From Octopus vulgaris (lineage: Eukaryota), in NCBI GenBank assembly GCA_951406725.2, contig OX597821.1, forward strand, positions 87,482,001 through 87,546,000: a stretch of 64,000 bases of DNA. The letters are read 5' to 3'. Below are positions 11,995-24,825 of the stretch, piece by piece. Below the pieces are notes generated by a model. That model saw nothing but the letters and a program-made list of their open reading frames with translations. It did no database searches and was not told the DNA's origin. The translations under genes and the position numbers were made by a program. How positions within the stretch are numbered: the stretch's first letter is position 1; every line of letters begins with the position of its first letter.

Positions 11995-13222
11995 CATTTC
12001 AAGGCATTTGCCTTCCAATGGACAGCAAGTCTTATCTTTGAAGTTGCAGTTCCTCAGATTAGATTCGGCACTGTAGTTGTTTGTAGTAATAATTTTCGTG
12101 TTATGCTGGTTAATAAGATAGGCGTTTTTGCAACAAGAATATATAACCTTCAGTGTTCTATTAAATATTCTGTAGAACTTATGGCTTGATTGAAAATGTT
12201 TAGAAACGAATTTTAAGAATTCCCTACCTATATTAGTCTTTACGGCAATATTAAATGCGGGTTTAAACCACAAAACCTTCCTAGTTCTAGTCCTACATGG
12301 TCTATTATTGTTGGAATTAACTTGACTATGCTGGATCTTCTCTGAGAATCCACTTTTTCTTAATGCATTATTGTATTACAGCGGAGCGTTTTGGAATGCT
12401 GTCTCAACTGAAGGAATTGATGATATTCGCCTTCCTACATTCTTAACTAGGTTCTTAAGAATTACGGGTGGATGATTAGATTCTTTGCTCATATAACATA
12501 GCTTTTCATTGGACTTACGGTAGGGCTTAAATTTATCTAATTGTAAATCTAAGTTGATATCTAAAACATTTACGTTATTAAGGTTACTTTCTATCGTAAT
12601 CCGTAAGCCCATTCTTTAGAAGTAAGTAATCAGATTCTTCCCAAGTTTATCTAACTCTTGGCCGTTTAAATTATGGGTGACTATAAGACCGTCATCCCTG
12701 TAAAATCCTGCATCTATAAAAGGGAATTCTAGATGCAGATTATGCAAAATATAAGTTCCTATAAGCATACACAACTCTGCCCCATCATATGCCCCTTCGG
12801 TACATTGAAAAGAGAATCCTCACTTTTTTTGACCTAGGTGGAAATCATAGTAAAAAGGAAGGGATTTCCTTGCATGCAGGATAATATCTATTTCCGTGCT
12901 ATCGATGGTGACACACTACATGGCGAAGTCTAATGCTTTTAGAAGCAAAGGCCTAGATATTGACGGATAAAAATCGACAATATCAAACTGCGTAAATTTG
13001 CAGTTATGCTTATGGCTAATCCCTTTGAACCAATCTATCACTGACTTACTATTTTTCCAAATCCCTAAATTTAATTCACTATTTAACTTGCTTAAAATAT
13101 GATCTAAAATATATTTGCTAATAATGCCTATTTCAGTTTTAGCTGGGTTAATTAGTCTACATTTAGGGATTCTATTGAAATTAGCTTTGTGGTCTTTTAG
13201 GGTAATAAAGGGTTGGCATGGG
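11995..13222 (-). pseudogene. Penelope-like element reverse transcriptase pseudogene (RT, thumb, Cys/His linker); GIY-YIG not seen
   Basis: FITLKDHKANFNRIPKCRLINPAKTEIG..QFDIVDFYPSI (motif A), GAYDGAELC (motif B), GFYRDDGL (YxDD, ~12685-12710), SNHPPVILKNL thumb, WFKPAFNIAVKTNIGREFL..KHF..IFNR..YSC..HN..CN..CPLEGKCL; broken by frameshifts and stops. Confidence 0.85.
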
Positions 13223-13224
13223 GG

Positions 13225-13392
13225 AAACCAATGAAACAAGACCATTTTCGAATGTGTATCTAACAAACTAATTGTATATTTATGCATATAACCTTATTTT
13301 TGCTCCATTCTAAACAAAAGTGTCCGACGAACGGAAACATGAAACTCTGAGTAACAGATTTTTGTGATATTTTTGCTGCTTTTTAATAAAGC

Positions 13393-13397
<5 letters not shown>
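13225..13397 (+). mobile_element. pLTR-like 3' segment, opposite orientation to the adjacent PLE RT
   Basis: Begins where RT homology stops; ends TTTAATAAAGCATAT before (TAA)n; TGTCCGAC..CTGAGTAAC..TTTAATAAA is also found reverse-complemented at 46531-46600. Confidence 0.45.
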
Positions 13398-13462
<65 letters not shown>

Positions 13463-13487
13463 CATAATAATAATAATAATAATAATA
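13396..13487. repeat. (TAA)n microsatellite
   Basis: Direct reading. Confidence 0.95.
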
Positions 13488-13713
13488 GGGAATATGATTC
13501 CAAACTTACAGGGAAAAATTCAATTGAGTAATACTAAATCAAATTTCACAATATATAATACATGTATATTAATTAGAAGAACCGCCATGTAGCAATTCAA
13601 CAATGATATACTTAAATCATACCATATAGAAAAAAATTAAAGATACGATAAAACATTTACCTCGAACTAAATAAAGTACGAAATAATAAATAAATAGTAC
13701 ATAATTAGTAAAT

Positions 13714-13796
13714 AGACTACACGTGTTTCGTGGTTATATTTTCAATTTGATAACAATAAAATCAATTCAATTTCAATATAGTCACTCATCAGGTCT
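13714..13796 (-). ncRNA. Type I hammerhead ribozyme in pLTR-like unit 13488-13800
   Basis: Minus strand AGAC-CUGAUGA-GUGACUAUAUU...AAUAUAACCAC-GAAA-C-ACGU-GUA^GUCU: stem I AGAC/GUCU, stem II 9/11 pairs, palindromic stem III ACACGUGU. Confidence 0.75.
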
Positions 13797-13946
13797 GAGA
13801 TAAAAACAATAAAATAATTAAATAAATGTACGTATATCATCTTATAAGAAAATATAAATATATATATAAAAATACGTAATTTTACAATAAAAAACCGAAC
13901 AAAATTCAACAATATATCTTAAAATAAAAACATGTACTATCTTATT

Positions 13947-14135
13947 ATAGCTATCAATAAACTTCCTTACAAAAATGTAATTTCCACAATTATTTGTCAA
14001 AAATTCTTGAAACTGTCGTCTGCTTTCTTAGGAATAAAATGTCGCGTCGTGCGCAGATGTGGTGTCGTAACGACAGCATCACGGTGACATCACGCTTACG
14101 TCACATATTTAAGTGCCCTTCTTTAGTTTTGACAT
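13947..14135. repeat. Copy 1 of a ~190-200-bp dispersed duplication (copy 2 at 16982-17184)
   Basis: ATAGCTATCAATAAACTTCCTTAC...TTTTGACAT shared; copy 1 lacks ~14 bp and has several substitutions. Confidence 0.9.
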
Positions 14136-16981
14136 TTTTCTGTAATGACTGTTTAATATTATGCATTAATTATGTATTGCGATGATTGTTGAGACGGAAG
14201 TAATGCAAAATGACGACGGCTAAAGTTGGATAATAGCTGTGGCAGCAACTATAAACCTGAAGTGCGATAAATATAAGCATTAGGATTTTGACTACAATAG
14301 CAATAGTAGTATTGAGGTAATATCTATGACATCGTTGAGACAGGTATTGGGAGATGGAAATGACTTTGATGATTGCAGCAGTAGTGGTGCGGAATGTAGT
14401 GCGTAACTGCCATTTCTGATGTTATATCAGATTAGCAGGACCCAAGGAAATTCCTCGTTCTAGTTTTGATTTTGATGCGTAAATTTGTAGCTCTTTATAA
14501 CGCGTTAGAAATATTTTATGCGTCCCAAAATTAAAGTGATTTAAGCTGTAACGTTCGAACACGTTACAAGCAGAATAATACACCATGTTTGTTACGTATA
14601 TGATTCACGATGATCAAATAAGAAATATAAAAGTGCAACACTGAATTAATGACTTATGCATATCCACTCAACCACTTCCAGACTTGTCTCTAAGTGCCAA
14701 ATGTTATATGAGACTAATAAACAGAAGGAGTGAGCCAAGGAATTTTCTGAATATCTCTTCACACACTTCAATTATTTTCTGTCTGTCTCTGTCTGTCTGT
14801 CTTTCTCATGCGACTTTTGAATCGTAAAGTTTTCTATTGTTCTTTCTACAGTTTTACTGTAATTGTTCACCTGTATCAGTTTTGGTTGTTCTTCTGTTAT
14901 ATAATAATAGGAAATAGTTACAACTAACCAACATTTGTTTAAAATATAAACACTTTATAAAAGAATGATAAAAGAAAGTATAATTTTTGTTACTGGCAAT
15001 TCATATTTACACATGTTACATGTTACTATGCATGACGATGGCTGGCTGGCACCAGTGCAGCTCTGATCGAGTAGACTTATCATCAAAGAAATTCTCAGAT
15101 ATATTATTTCTAAGAAAAGACTACATCAACCGATACGTCCTTCTGTTATTAAGATGGTAGGGAGTAGTTTGGCTGACCATTGGTTGCTATTTTTAGCGGC
15201 TCAGTACAGAGGCTTCCTAGAAATTTATAATACAGTTTTATATTTTAAAGATAAAGTATCAATTCACAATCATAAACAGGACTTCTTTGTTCAAACCGAG
15301 ATTTAACCATATAAAAAAAAAGCCATTTAAAATTCATGTTAATGTAACACTTGACTACAATGGTCATTATAATTTCCTTCATTTCCACATGAAATAAATA
15401 CCCAAAACTCTTCTAAGGCGGTGTCCGTGGAATACCACACTTTGCCCATCTCCTTTTCGATCTGTACTCAAATCCTGTTACAATAAATCTCCATTCTTTT
15501 GGGTTCTTTTAAATAGATTACCACTTAAATACTGAGGTTGATTTATTATTTACAGTAAATCAATCTAGATCTGACTGGAATTGTAGCTGTAGATTTAAAC
15601 CGATTATTGTATATTCTATTATTGCATTTTCCCGATATCTTTTTTTATCGCTGTGAGTTTCTGCAGAAGTTTGCTTGTGTGCAAATTTTATCTTTCTTTA
15701 CAAAGTATGTGCGCATCCATAAAAGTAACTGCTTTCAATTAAAAACATTGAAATTCCTCTTGGAAACATTGTGTGCGCCATTTCTTTTCCTTTGTGCGCT
15801 AGTTACAAAACGTGTGCATGCACAAACGTACAGTTAACAGGAGACATTATTCATACCGTTCATATTTGTCACGGATGGAAGCAAAACAAAATATACACGA
15901 GTGAAATTTCAATTGAAAATCTAGAATTTTCACTGTGTGTTAATAAGTATGTGATTCTAATGTTGAATTTTTTCTTGTTTTAGCTTGCTCATTAGTAGCT
16001 CCCTATATCTATGGATATTAAAGATGTTTGAAACCAAAAAGAAAATAACAATATACGAATAAGAAAACAATAAAAAGAAAAGAATCTACTAATAATTTCT
16101 AAATTTGGCTTAAAACTACAAAATAGGAATCTTATAATATTAACCGTACAGTGTGTGTGACACATACAAAAACCCCCAACTCGAAGAAAACAATTATGTA
16201 AATGGGAGTAGTGGTCAATTTAAAGAATTAATTGAAGATACAAAAGCTAACGTGCTCTGATTACATTCCAAATATTTACAAAATACTTGACAATGTTCTA
16301 AATTAAAATGTGTAAATAAAAATGTCTATTAATTTAATAAAATCCCAACAGATGAATTTTAGTCTGTTATATAGCAAATTAATTAAATTATATCTAATTA
16401 GTAATGAAAGCGTTTTCATAGATTGAAATTTTGTGAACTAATTTTGTATATTTGTATAATTTATATTTTATAGCAAAGTTTTGTAAATTAAACTTTCATA
16501 TAATTAACATTTCATAAACATTTCTTTCAAATATATTGGATAAAAATAAAAAAATAAAAATAAAAAACTCAATATTTTATAACAACAAAGAAAATTTATC
16601 GGAAGAACAGAAGGAAAAAATAACCACCATTCTTGGCGGCATAGCTCTGTTAGAATGCTATATCAATTCAACTACATAGATATCAGCACGTAAACATCAT
16701 ATTGAGGTATTTCAATGAATAAAAGAAATAATTTTAAACAATATTTTTCACTGCAATATTTAAATTGCCGTACCTTTATTTACATATTTGATTCTTTGTC
16801 AATAATACCTCACTCCAAGAATACCTGATGCAGCGAGAGTAACAACAGATTAGGAACAAACAAATTCTTTTTACCGTTGAAACTTCAGCATATTACCTCA
16901 GCACTGGAATAATTAGAAAAACAGAAAAATAAACAGTTGAAATCTAATTTATGACTCACAGAGAGAAAGAAAAATTATACC

Positions 16982-17184
16982 ATAGCTATCAATAAACTTC
17001 CTTACAAAAATGTAATTTCCACAATTATTTGTCCACCTTCGTCTTTCAAAAATTCTTGAAACTGTCGTCTGCTTTCTTAGAAATAAAATGCCGCGTCATG
17101 CGCAGCTGTGGTGTCGTAACGACAGCATCACGGTGACGTCACGCTTACGTCACATATTTTAGTGCCCTTCTTTACTTTTGACAT
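16982..17184. promoter_or_regulatory. CpG-rich promoter-like segment with CRE/ATF motifs (copy 2 of duplication)
   Basis: Perfect TGACGTCA at 17134-17141, TTACGTCA at 17145-17152, CATGCGCA nearby, in an otherwise very AT-rich region; function not shown. Confidence 0.3.
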
Positions 17185-17780
17185 ATCTTCCTCCCTTACC
17201 TTTACGTAATTTACTATTCTTTTTGATATCGAGTCGATTCCAGTTCATACCTCCCGCTCACTCTTACCTTCGGAGGGAGCAACGTCTCAAGTGTATATAA
17301 ATATATGAACAACTTCTTTCATTACATAATGAGTACTGGATTCCTTTGTCGCTGATATATATATATATATATTACCAATTATCACCATATATCACCGTGA
17401 CCAACCAGGTTATCAGATGTTGCTACACATCGCTGGTCACAATGCGCTTCGCATTGTTTAGCCTTCAAAGGACGCCACTTCGCTGGCTAAGCGAGCAGGC
17501 CAATATATATATATATATATTTATACAAAATTTAGAGGACCGACCACTAAAAACAATGGACATCCTATATCCTAGATGTAGACGTCAAAATCGCCATTTT
17601 CCACGAACAATGTGTTCTCAAGAAAAAAATCAGCAAAAAACCAAACTGTAAAAATAAGCAAGACAAATGAAAATATACGAAATAAAAAAAATTACCTACG
17701 TGCTAATTAGTTTCACTTGTTAATATTTACGTATATGGATACGCAAACATCTGCAAGATCATCAGCATAGTCTGTCGTTT

Positions 17781-17833
<53 letters not shown>

Positions 17834-17837
17834 AAAG

Positions 17838-18218
17838 GTACAGGTGTGACTGTGTGGTAAGAAGCTTGCTTCCCAATGACATGGTTCCGGGTTCAGTCCC
17901 ACTGCGTGGCACCCTGGGCAAGTGTCTTCTACTATAGCCTCGGGTCAATCAAAGCCTTGTAAGTGGATTTGGTAGACAGAAACTGAGAGAAATCCGTCGT
18001 ATATATATATTTGTGTGTGTTCTGTTTGTTCCCTCACCATCGCTTGACAATCAATGTTGGTGTGTTTACGACTCCGTAACTTAGCAGTTCGGCAAAAGAC
18101 ACCGATAGAATAAGCACTAGGCTTACAAATAATAAGCGCTGGAGTCTATTTGTTCGACTAAAGGTGGTGCTACAGTATGGCCGCATTCAAATGACTGAAA
18201 CAAGTAAAAAGTAATAGA

Positions 18219-18220
<2 letters not shown>
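17838..18220 (+). mobile_element. SINE family A
   Basis: Full head-core-tail homology to 4553-4918; flanked by (TA)n. Confidence 0.9.
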
Positions 18221-18275
<55 letters not shown>

Positions 18276-18444
18276 TGTATACTGCTAATTATGTCAAATT
18301 TAACAGTCTACGCTGAGCGACCTTTGTTTGGGACTGTCCATGACTTCAATATCAGCTAATGTTATATATATATCTTTCTGACTGTCTGTCTGTCTCTGTT
18401 CCCCTTACTCACAAACGTGCATACACACAAACATACTCACAATT

Positions 18445-18730
18445 GACTCCCTGTCGGTTACAACGACAAGGATTCCAGTTGATCCGATCAACTGAACAAC
18501 CTGCAGGTGAAAATATCGTGCAAGTGGCTTAGTACTCCACAGACGCGCATACTTGTAACGTAGTTTTGTAGGCAGGTTCAAACGTGATATATAATGTGAC
18601 TAAGGCTTGTGTGGACTGGAGCAACGGGAAATAAAGTGTCTTGCTCAACGACACAGCGTGCCGCTGGGAATCGGGCTCACAACATTACGATCGAGAGCAG
18701 GATGCCCTAACCAGGAAACCACCCACCTTC
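18445..18730 (-). mobile_element. Diverged, internally deleted SINE family D
   Basis: Tail CTGTCGGTTACAACGACAAGGATTCCAGTTGATCCGATCAA and core CTGGAGCAACGGGAAATAAAGTGTCTTGCTCAA. Confidence 0.7.
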
Positions 18731-18890
18731 ACCAAACGCGCGCACATATACACATACATATACATGAATGTATGTGCAAACGAGTGGTACATGTACCCAC
18801 ACATGATAAAGTTTATTAATTTATTCGAGGTCAAAGCATTGAATAAATGAATAACCTGTGTTATTGCATTGCAATTTTCTAGTGTCTATA

Positions 18891-20760
18891 TTAACGCTTG
18901 GTCTACCAGGGAAAATGCATGCCACAAATACCAACTGGGTTCAATGGACCCAATATTTTTCTTTTAATTAAATTTTATTAAGACTACCGCTATTTCTTAG
19001 TTATATTATATATACTGTCAGGTGAATGAAGAATTACTGTTTCTCACAAATTAAAAAAAAAGAAAATACTACTTACAGAATATATTATAAATTTAAAAAG
19101 TTACAAAAATACAGAATTACGTCTTTTCATGGCGGTGAATGCAGACGGGATTGGAATGTTCTTGGCAAACATGGGTATTACAATTCTTACATGTAACACG
19201 AGCTTTCCTATCTTGGGGGGGGGGGCATACAAATACAAAAAACATTTTCCATTTTTCTTTGAATGAGGCAGCTCAAATGAGGTTGATGATCGTTTTCTTT
19301 TCTTGTTTAGTTGAGAAATGTTAGCAGAACTAGAAGATTGTTTGTCATGTTCCTGTTTAGCATTAACTCCAGCAAGTTCCTTTCCTAATTGAATTAGCTA
19401 CTGTCTTCATTTATCCTTGAAAATTTGCAAGTGAAACTGTTTAGCAACAATGAAGGCATTCATTGCACTTATATCAATCATGTTGTAGAATAAAACTACA
19501 GGCCATCTTCGAGTCATTCTTTTGCAAGTGTATGTCCTTACCTTCTTATTTAAGGTATCTACTCCTTTTGTTTTGTTGTAACATGTAACAACTTCAGGTT
19601 TCATTCCAGCACTTTTTGAATCAATTGAAGGCTGAGAGTACATTGTATTCATAAGTGTGACTACATAATCTTTCTTGGGACAATAAAATAGGATCATAGA
19701 CACCTTTGAAATCCAAATATTGTGCTGTTGATTTATCTTGCTTTTCCATTTGTGAAAGCACTTGGAAGTTCGACTCTGTTCTTTCTAATTGTTCCAACTA
19801 AAGTAGTTTTCTTGCTAAGCAGCTTTCGAGCCAATCCTAGATTTGTAAAAAATTATCACAAGTTATACTGCGACCAGTATTTTCAAGTTCTTTTACAAGG
19901 TCTTTAACAACTCTTGCAACTTGATTTGTCTATCTCCATTTTACTGGGTCTTTTCCAGTGCAGATTTGCATTTTCCAGGCATAAGATGTTTCTCTGTTGC
20001 ATATTGCCCAAATTCTATTTCCATATTTCCCTGGTTTTGAACGAATATATACTCGGAATGGGCAGCGCCCTCTGAATGAAACTAATTGTTCATGAACTAT
20101 CATTCATGAACTTGGAACATATCCATCTTGCAAATTCGGATTCCATATTTCTAATACTTCTCTTATAGACTCCAATTTATCATCACTTCTCTTTTTTCTT
20201 CTTGCAGTAGCATCAAGACACAACATTTGTAAAATCTGTTGAAATTTTCCTTGGCTCATAATTTTGTTGAATATTTGGCGGCCATCTTCTTGACTCCATA
20301 ACTGTGTGACATTTTCATGTTTAGATTTATAAACATCTATAAAAATAATCAGTCCAATAAATTTCTTTAGTTCAGAGTGACCAATTTCCTTCCATTTATC
20401 TTTGTAAACAACCTCACCTTCAACGTTTGTCCATTTACGAATTACTTCAAGAAGATTCTAGCGCATAAAGATAGCAAAACATGTTTCAATCGTACCGCAA
20501 AACCTTTTAGCGGTCCGGGATGGTCCACATTCTTGGCGCACAATATTGCAAGATGAAGTTCTTACTGCTGCTTGAGTAAGAGGATTAGAACGCTAAACTT
20601 CTTGTCTGTCTCTAGAAACGTATAAACACACTGCCTAAATATCAATCTTGAGAAATTAGGCTTCTCAAAATCAAAAAGGAAAAAGTTGATTCAAAGACTA
20701 CAGATCCAATTCATCACTGGAACCGTAAAAATCTGTAAAACCTTCCAGAAGTTTATCATT
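18891..20760 (-). mobile_element. piggyBac transposase pseudogene (PGBD4-like)
   Basis: ELKKFIGLII..LWSQEDGRQIF..IVHEQLVSFRGRCPFRVYIRSKPGKYG (first catalytic D replaced by H), ITCDNF..LVGTIRKNR, YNKTK-GVDTLNKK..TRRWPVVLFYNMIDISAMNAFIV, C-terminal CKNCNTHVCQEH; multiple stops and frameshifts; TTAA at 18891 possibly the right end. Confidence 0.9.
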
Positions 20761-21024
20761 TAAGTATGTATAACCATGTCTAGTTATGCAAGTATATGCA
20801 TGAGAAGATATACATAAAACAAAACACAAATCTGCATACATACATGCATACATACATACGTACATACATACATACATAGAAAAATATCCTGTTGTTGATG
20901 TTGAAATTCCAGTGAAGGAGCATTGGATCTAGGTTAGAAACTGGTTCTTTCTCTATTGGCAAGAAATCTTGAAATAAAACTGAATAATGGCATACATATA
21001 CAAACGCATCCGTACATAGACAGA

Positions 21025-21493
21025 TAATACATACATACATACATACATACATACATACATACATACATACATACATACATACATACATACATACATACAT
21101 AAATACATACATACGTACATACATACATACATGCATACATGAATACATACATACATACATACATACATACATACATACATACACATACATACATACATAA
21201 ATACATACACACATACATACATACATACATACATACATGAATACATACATACATACATACATACATAAATACATACATACATACATTCATACATACATAC
21301 ATGCATACATACATACATACATACATACACAAATACATACATACATACATACATACATGCATACATACATACATAAATACATACATACATACATACATAC
21401 ATACATACATACATACATAAATACATACATACATACATACATACATACATACATACATACATACATACATACATACATACATACATACATACA
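21025..21493. repeat. (CATA)n microsatellite
   Basis: Direct reading; gives the MYVC/HTYI ORFs. Confidence 0.95.
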
Positions 21494-21899
21494 CGTATAT
21501 GTGTCAGAATCTGGTTTGATAATAGAATACTCGCTCGTTACACGGGAGGCTTGGTTTCGATTCCTAGCCTAGACACTTACATTTTCAAGGCGTGTGGATT
21601 AATAATTATGGTTTCGACCTCTCACTCATTAGGTCGTACGTTCAATTTCTATGCCGGGTGCCGCGTTGTCTCCTTGTACAAATCACCTCATTTGATGCTA
21701 CTCTGATACTGCAAACGAGTACTAGCCAAGTGCTGGTGAATCCCCTGTCCTTTAGGTTGTTACATCCAGGATGTTCTGCTGCTGGGCAAAGAAGGAGAGG
21801 GCCGATGGGATTTCTATGTCTGTTCGCGACTACACAGATACCCAAAACAACCAGTGAAAGCACGACACGTGATACTCGTACCTTGTCATACATGCTTGT

Positions 21900-22179
21900 A
21901 GTTAGTTAGTTAGTTAGTTAATTTTTTGGCTCAAAAAGCAAAAAGCAAAGCCATGTAGGGGGACATGCAGTTATGTACAGGGTGGTGTTCATGTAAAGAG
22001 TTCAGGCCACTTGAAGTCAAGGGAGACTTTGAACCGCGCGGTCGTCGGCATCTTCACTATCTCGTCCGGCAGCTTATTCTACGGATCCGCAACCCGGACG
22101 GAGAAAGCCCCTCTCCTTCGATTGAGATGAAATCGTAGCAGATAGAGCTTTTCGGAGTGACCCCGCAGCCGACGCTCTG
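21900..22179 (-). mobile_element. CR1-clade LINE 3' end, 5'-truncated
   Basis: RRLRGHSEKLYLLRFHLNRRRGAFSVRVADP*NKLPDEIVKMPTTARFKVSLD (RGH..F..RV..WN.LP..FK..LD CR1 C-terminus), short UTR, (TAAC)n tail; second copy at 33301-33645. Confidence 0.85.
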
Positions 22180-22599
22180 AGGGTTATTATTTCTATTTTT
22201 TGTACACACACACACACGCACGCACACACTCACACACAAAGTTTCTTGTTCCATTCTCATTTACTTCAAATTCTCTAATTTCCTTGTGTGTGTTACGTTG
22301 GCAACCATCTGTTTGTTGTCAGCCGTGTGACTAGGGAGTTACGTTACCGATTTGTTTCATTGTGTCTGTTCCAGTTTTTCATTTGCTTCGGTTTGCCTTT
22401 TGTTGGTGTCAACGTAAGAGCATTTGTGTATGATTTTTTTTTTCTAAGATTGTAGATTGCTTGTGCATGTGTGTGTAGTTTGAAGTTTGTGTGTGTTTAT
22501 ATGCTTAAGGGTATGTGTGTTTGTGACATGTATATGTTGTCAGTATTTGTCGTTCATGGACACACGTTTTCTCCTTTTTACACGGTCATTCCTATTGTT

Positions 22600-23205
22600 T
22601 TTCTCTGTGACTCTTTTACTCCCCCCTCTCTCTCTCTGACTAGTACTCTCTCTCTCTGTGACCATTACTCTCTCTCTTTCTCTCTTTCTCTCTCTTCTCT
22701 GTGCATCTTACTTTAACACACTAGCTCAATCTCTGACGTTTTACTTCTTCTCTACTTACTCTCCTCATATTTTCATTTATATTACTCTTCTTTCTCTCTC
22801 TCTAACTCTCATTTCCCTCTTTTTTTCTCGCTGTCGATCTCTCTCTCTCTCTCTCTCGTCCCCTGTCCCTTTGCCTCTCTGTGAGTTCTTACATTCAGAC
22901 ATTCTCTGACCCTTCTCCTATACCAACATCTTTTCTTTAACATCATTCTTTTCTCTCTCCGACTCCTTTTCTCTCTGTCTCTTACTCGTACTCTCCTCGC
23001 TATTTCTCTTTGTCTCTCTGTCTCTGTCTGTCTGTCTGTCTATCTCTCTCTCTCTCTCTCTCTGCCTGCCTGCCTGCCTCTCTCGTATATATTCACACGC
23101 TCACTTTAACTTTTCTAAACTCTAAATTTTTTCTCCTTCTTTTCCTGCCTCGACGTCTCTTCATTTACAACATTCGTTTCTTTCTCTCTTCTCTCTTCTC
23201 TTAAT
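22600..23205. repeat. CT-rich low-complexity tract
   Basis: Direct reading. Confidence 0.8.
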
Positions 23206-23759
23206 ACTGTTTCCAACTCTCTTCCAACCAACGAAATAAATGCAAGGTGGACAAAGCCATTGTACTCTAGTCAGTCGGTTCACCAAATGAACCAACAATA
23301 GAAATGATATTGAAATAATCGATAGATTATTTCTAAAAGATAACGGCCACGAAGAGAAAATCTAATGTTAACTCCATTAAAAGTCCATCATTTCCAAAAA
23401 CGGTGGTTCCGTTCGAAAGATGAAGTGTAAAAGCGATGCTCCAGCATGACCGTATTCCAATCGCTGAAATCATGCAAGAAATAGCAATTAAATTTATACC
23501 AAGTTACCACATTGGAAAATGCAGGGAAATGTAGTTCCAGACAGATTATGTGTGAAAAATGTTGCAATTGTCATGGTAGGAATGTCTTTGAGCCTAGGTC
23601 TCTTCATTCAGGATTGACCTGGGGGAGAAACAGTCGCAACATTAACGGCAATCCATTGCGAAGCAGGTAGGGGGTGGGGTGAGGTGGGGGTTGATTATCT
23701 CTTGAGTGGTTTAATGCTGATTGTATTGCACATGGATGTTGGAAAAAGAATGAAAGGGA

Positions 23760-23822
23760 AAGAGATAGATAGAGAGAGTTTAGAGAGAGAGAGGGAGGGA
23801 GAGAGCGAGAGAGAAATATATT

Positions 23823-23884
<62 letters not shown>

Positions 23885-23989
23885 AATATATTGAGAGAGA
23901 GAGAGAGAAAGAGAGAGAGCGAGAGAGAAATATATTGAGTGAGAGAGAGAGAGAGAGAAAGAGAGAGAGCGAAAGAGAAATATATTGAG

Positions 23990-24021
<32 letters not shown>

Positions 24022-24041
24022 CGAGAGAGAAATATATTGAG

Positions 24042-24075
<34 letters not shown>

Positions 24076-24172
24076 CGAGAGAGAAATATATTGAGTGAGA
24101 GAGAGAGAGAGAAAGAGAGCGAGAGAGAGAGAAAGAGAGCGAGAGAGAAATAGATTGAGTGAGAGAGAGGAG
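23760..24172. repeat. GA-rich minisatellite with recurring AAATATATTGAGT unit
   Basis: About 7 repeats of GAGAAATATATTGAG(T) separated by variable (GA)n. Confidence 0.85.
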
Positions 24173-24521
24173 AAGTTTTCTATTTCTGGTTTCCTCGTTT
24201 TCTGTTGTTTGTTAATGTATTCCCGAGGTCTGAGACAAAAGCTCGTGCGGTGATTTTGGTCTCTGTTTTGCAATAAAGTAATCTGTTCCCATTGTACAAT
24301 TTTTGTCTTGAGAAAGTATTCGAGTGTTTTCGGAATTGGCAGGGAAATAGAAAAAGGTATGTGGATTTATAATTATAGGGAGACGACAGATGAGTTTTGG
24401 CAAAGAGGAAAGAAAAGATGGAAGGAAGGAAGGAAAGAAGGGAAAAAGGAGAACAAAAAAAGGAGAACAAAAAAAAAGCTGTAAGAAGAAAACATTGAAA
24501 TAATAATAAATATGCTGCAGT

Positions 24522-24653
24522 TGATGATGATGGTGATGATGTGGTTGATGACTATGATGATGATAATGATGATGATGATGGTGATGTTGGTGATGATGAT
24601 GGTGATGATGATGATGATGATGGTGATGATGATGGTGATGATGATGGTGATGG

Positions 24654-24703
<50 letters not shown>

Positions 24704-24764
24704 GTGATGATGATGGTGATGATGATGATGATGGTGATGATGATGGTGATGATGATGGTGATGG

Positions 24765-24812
<48 letters not shown>

Positions 24813-24825
24813 CCATTATGATGAT
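24522..24825. repeat. (GAT)n/(GGT) microsatellite
   Basis: Direct reading. Confidence 0.95.

Noticed and set aside
23760-24172. Repeat-spacer pattern resembling a CRISPR array
   Set aside because: Spacers are (GA)n rather than unique sequence; eukaryotic context with no cas genes.
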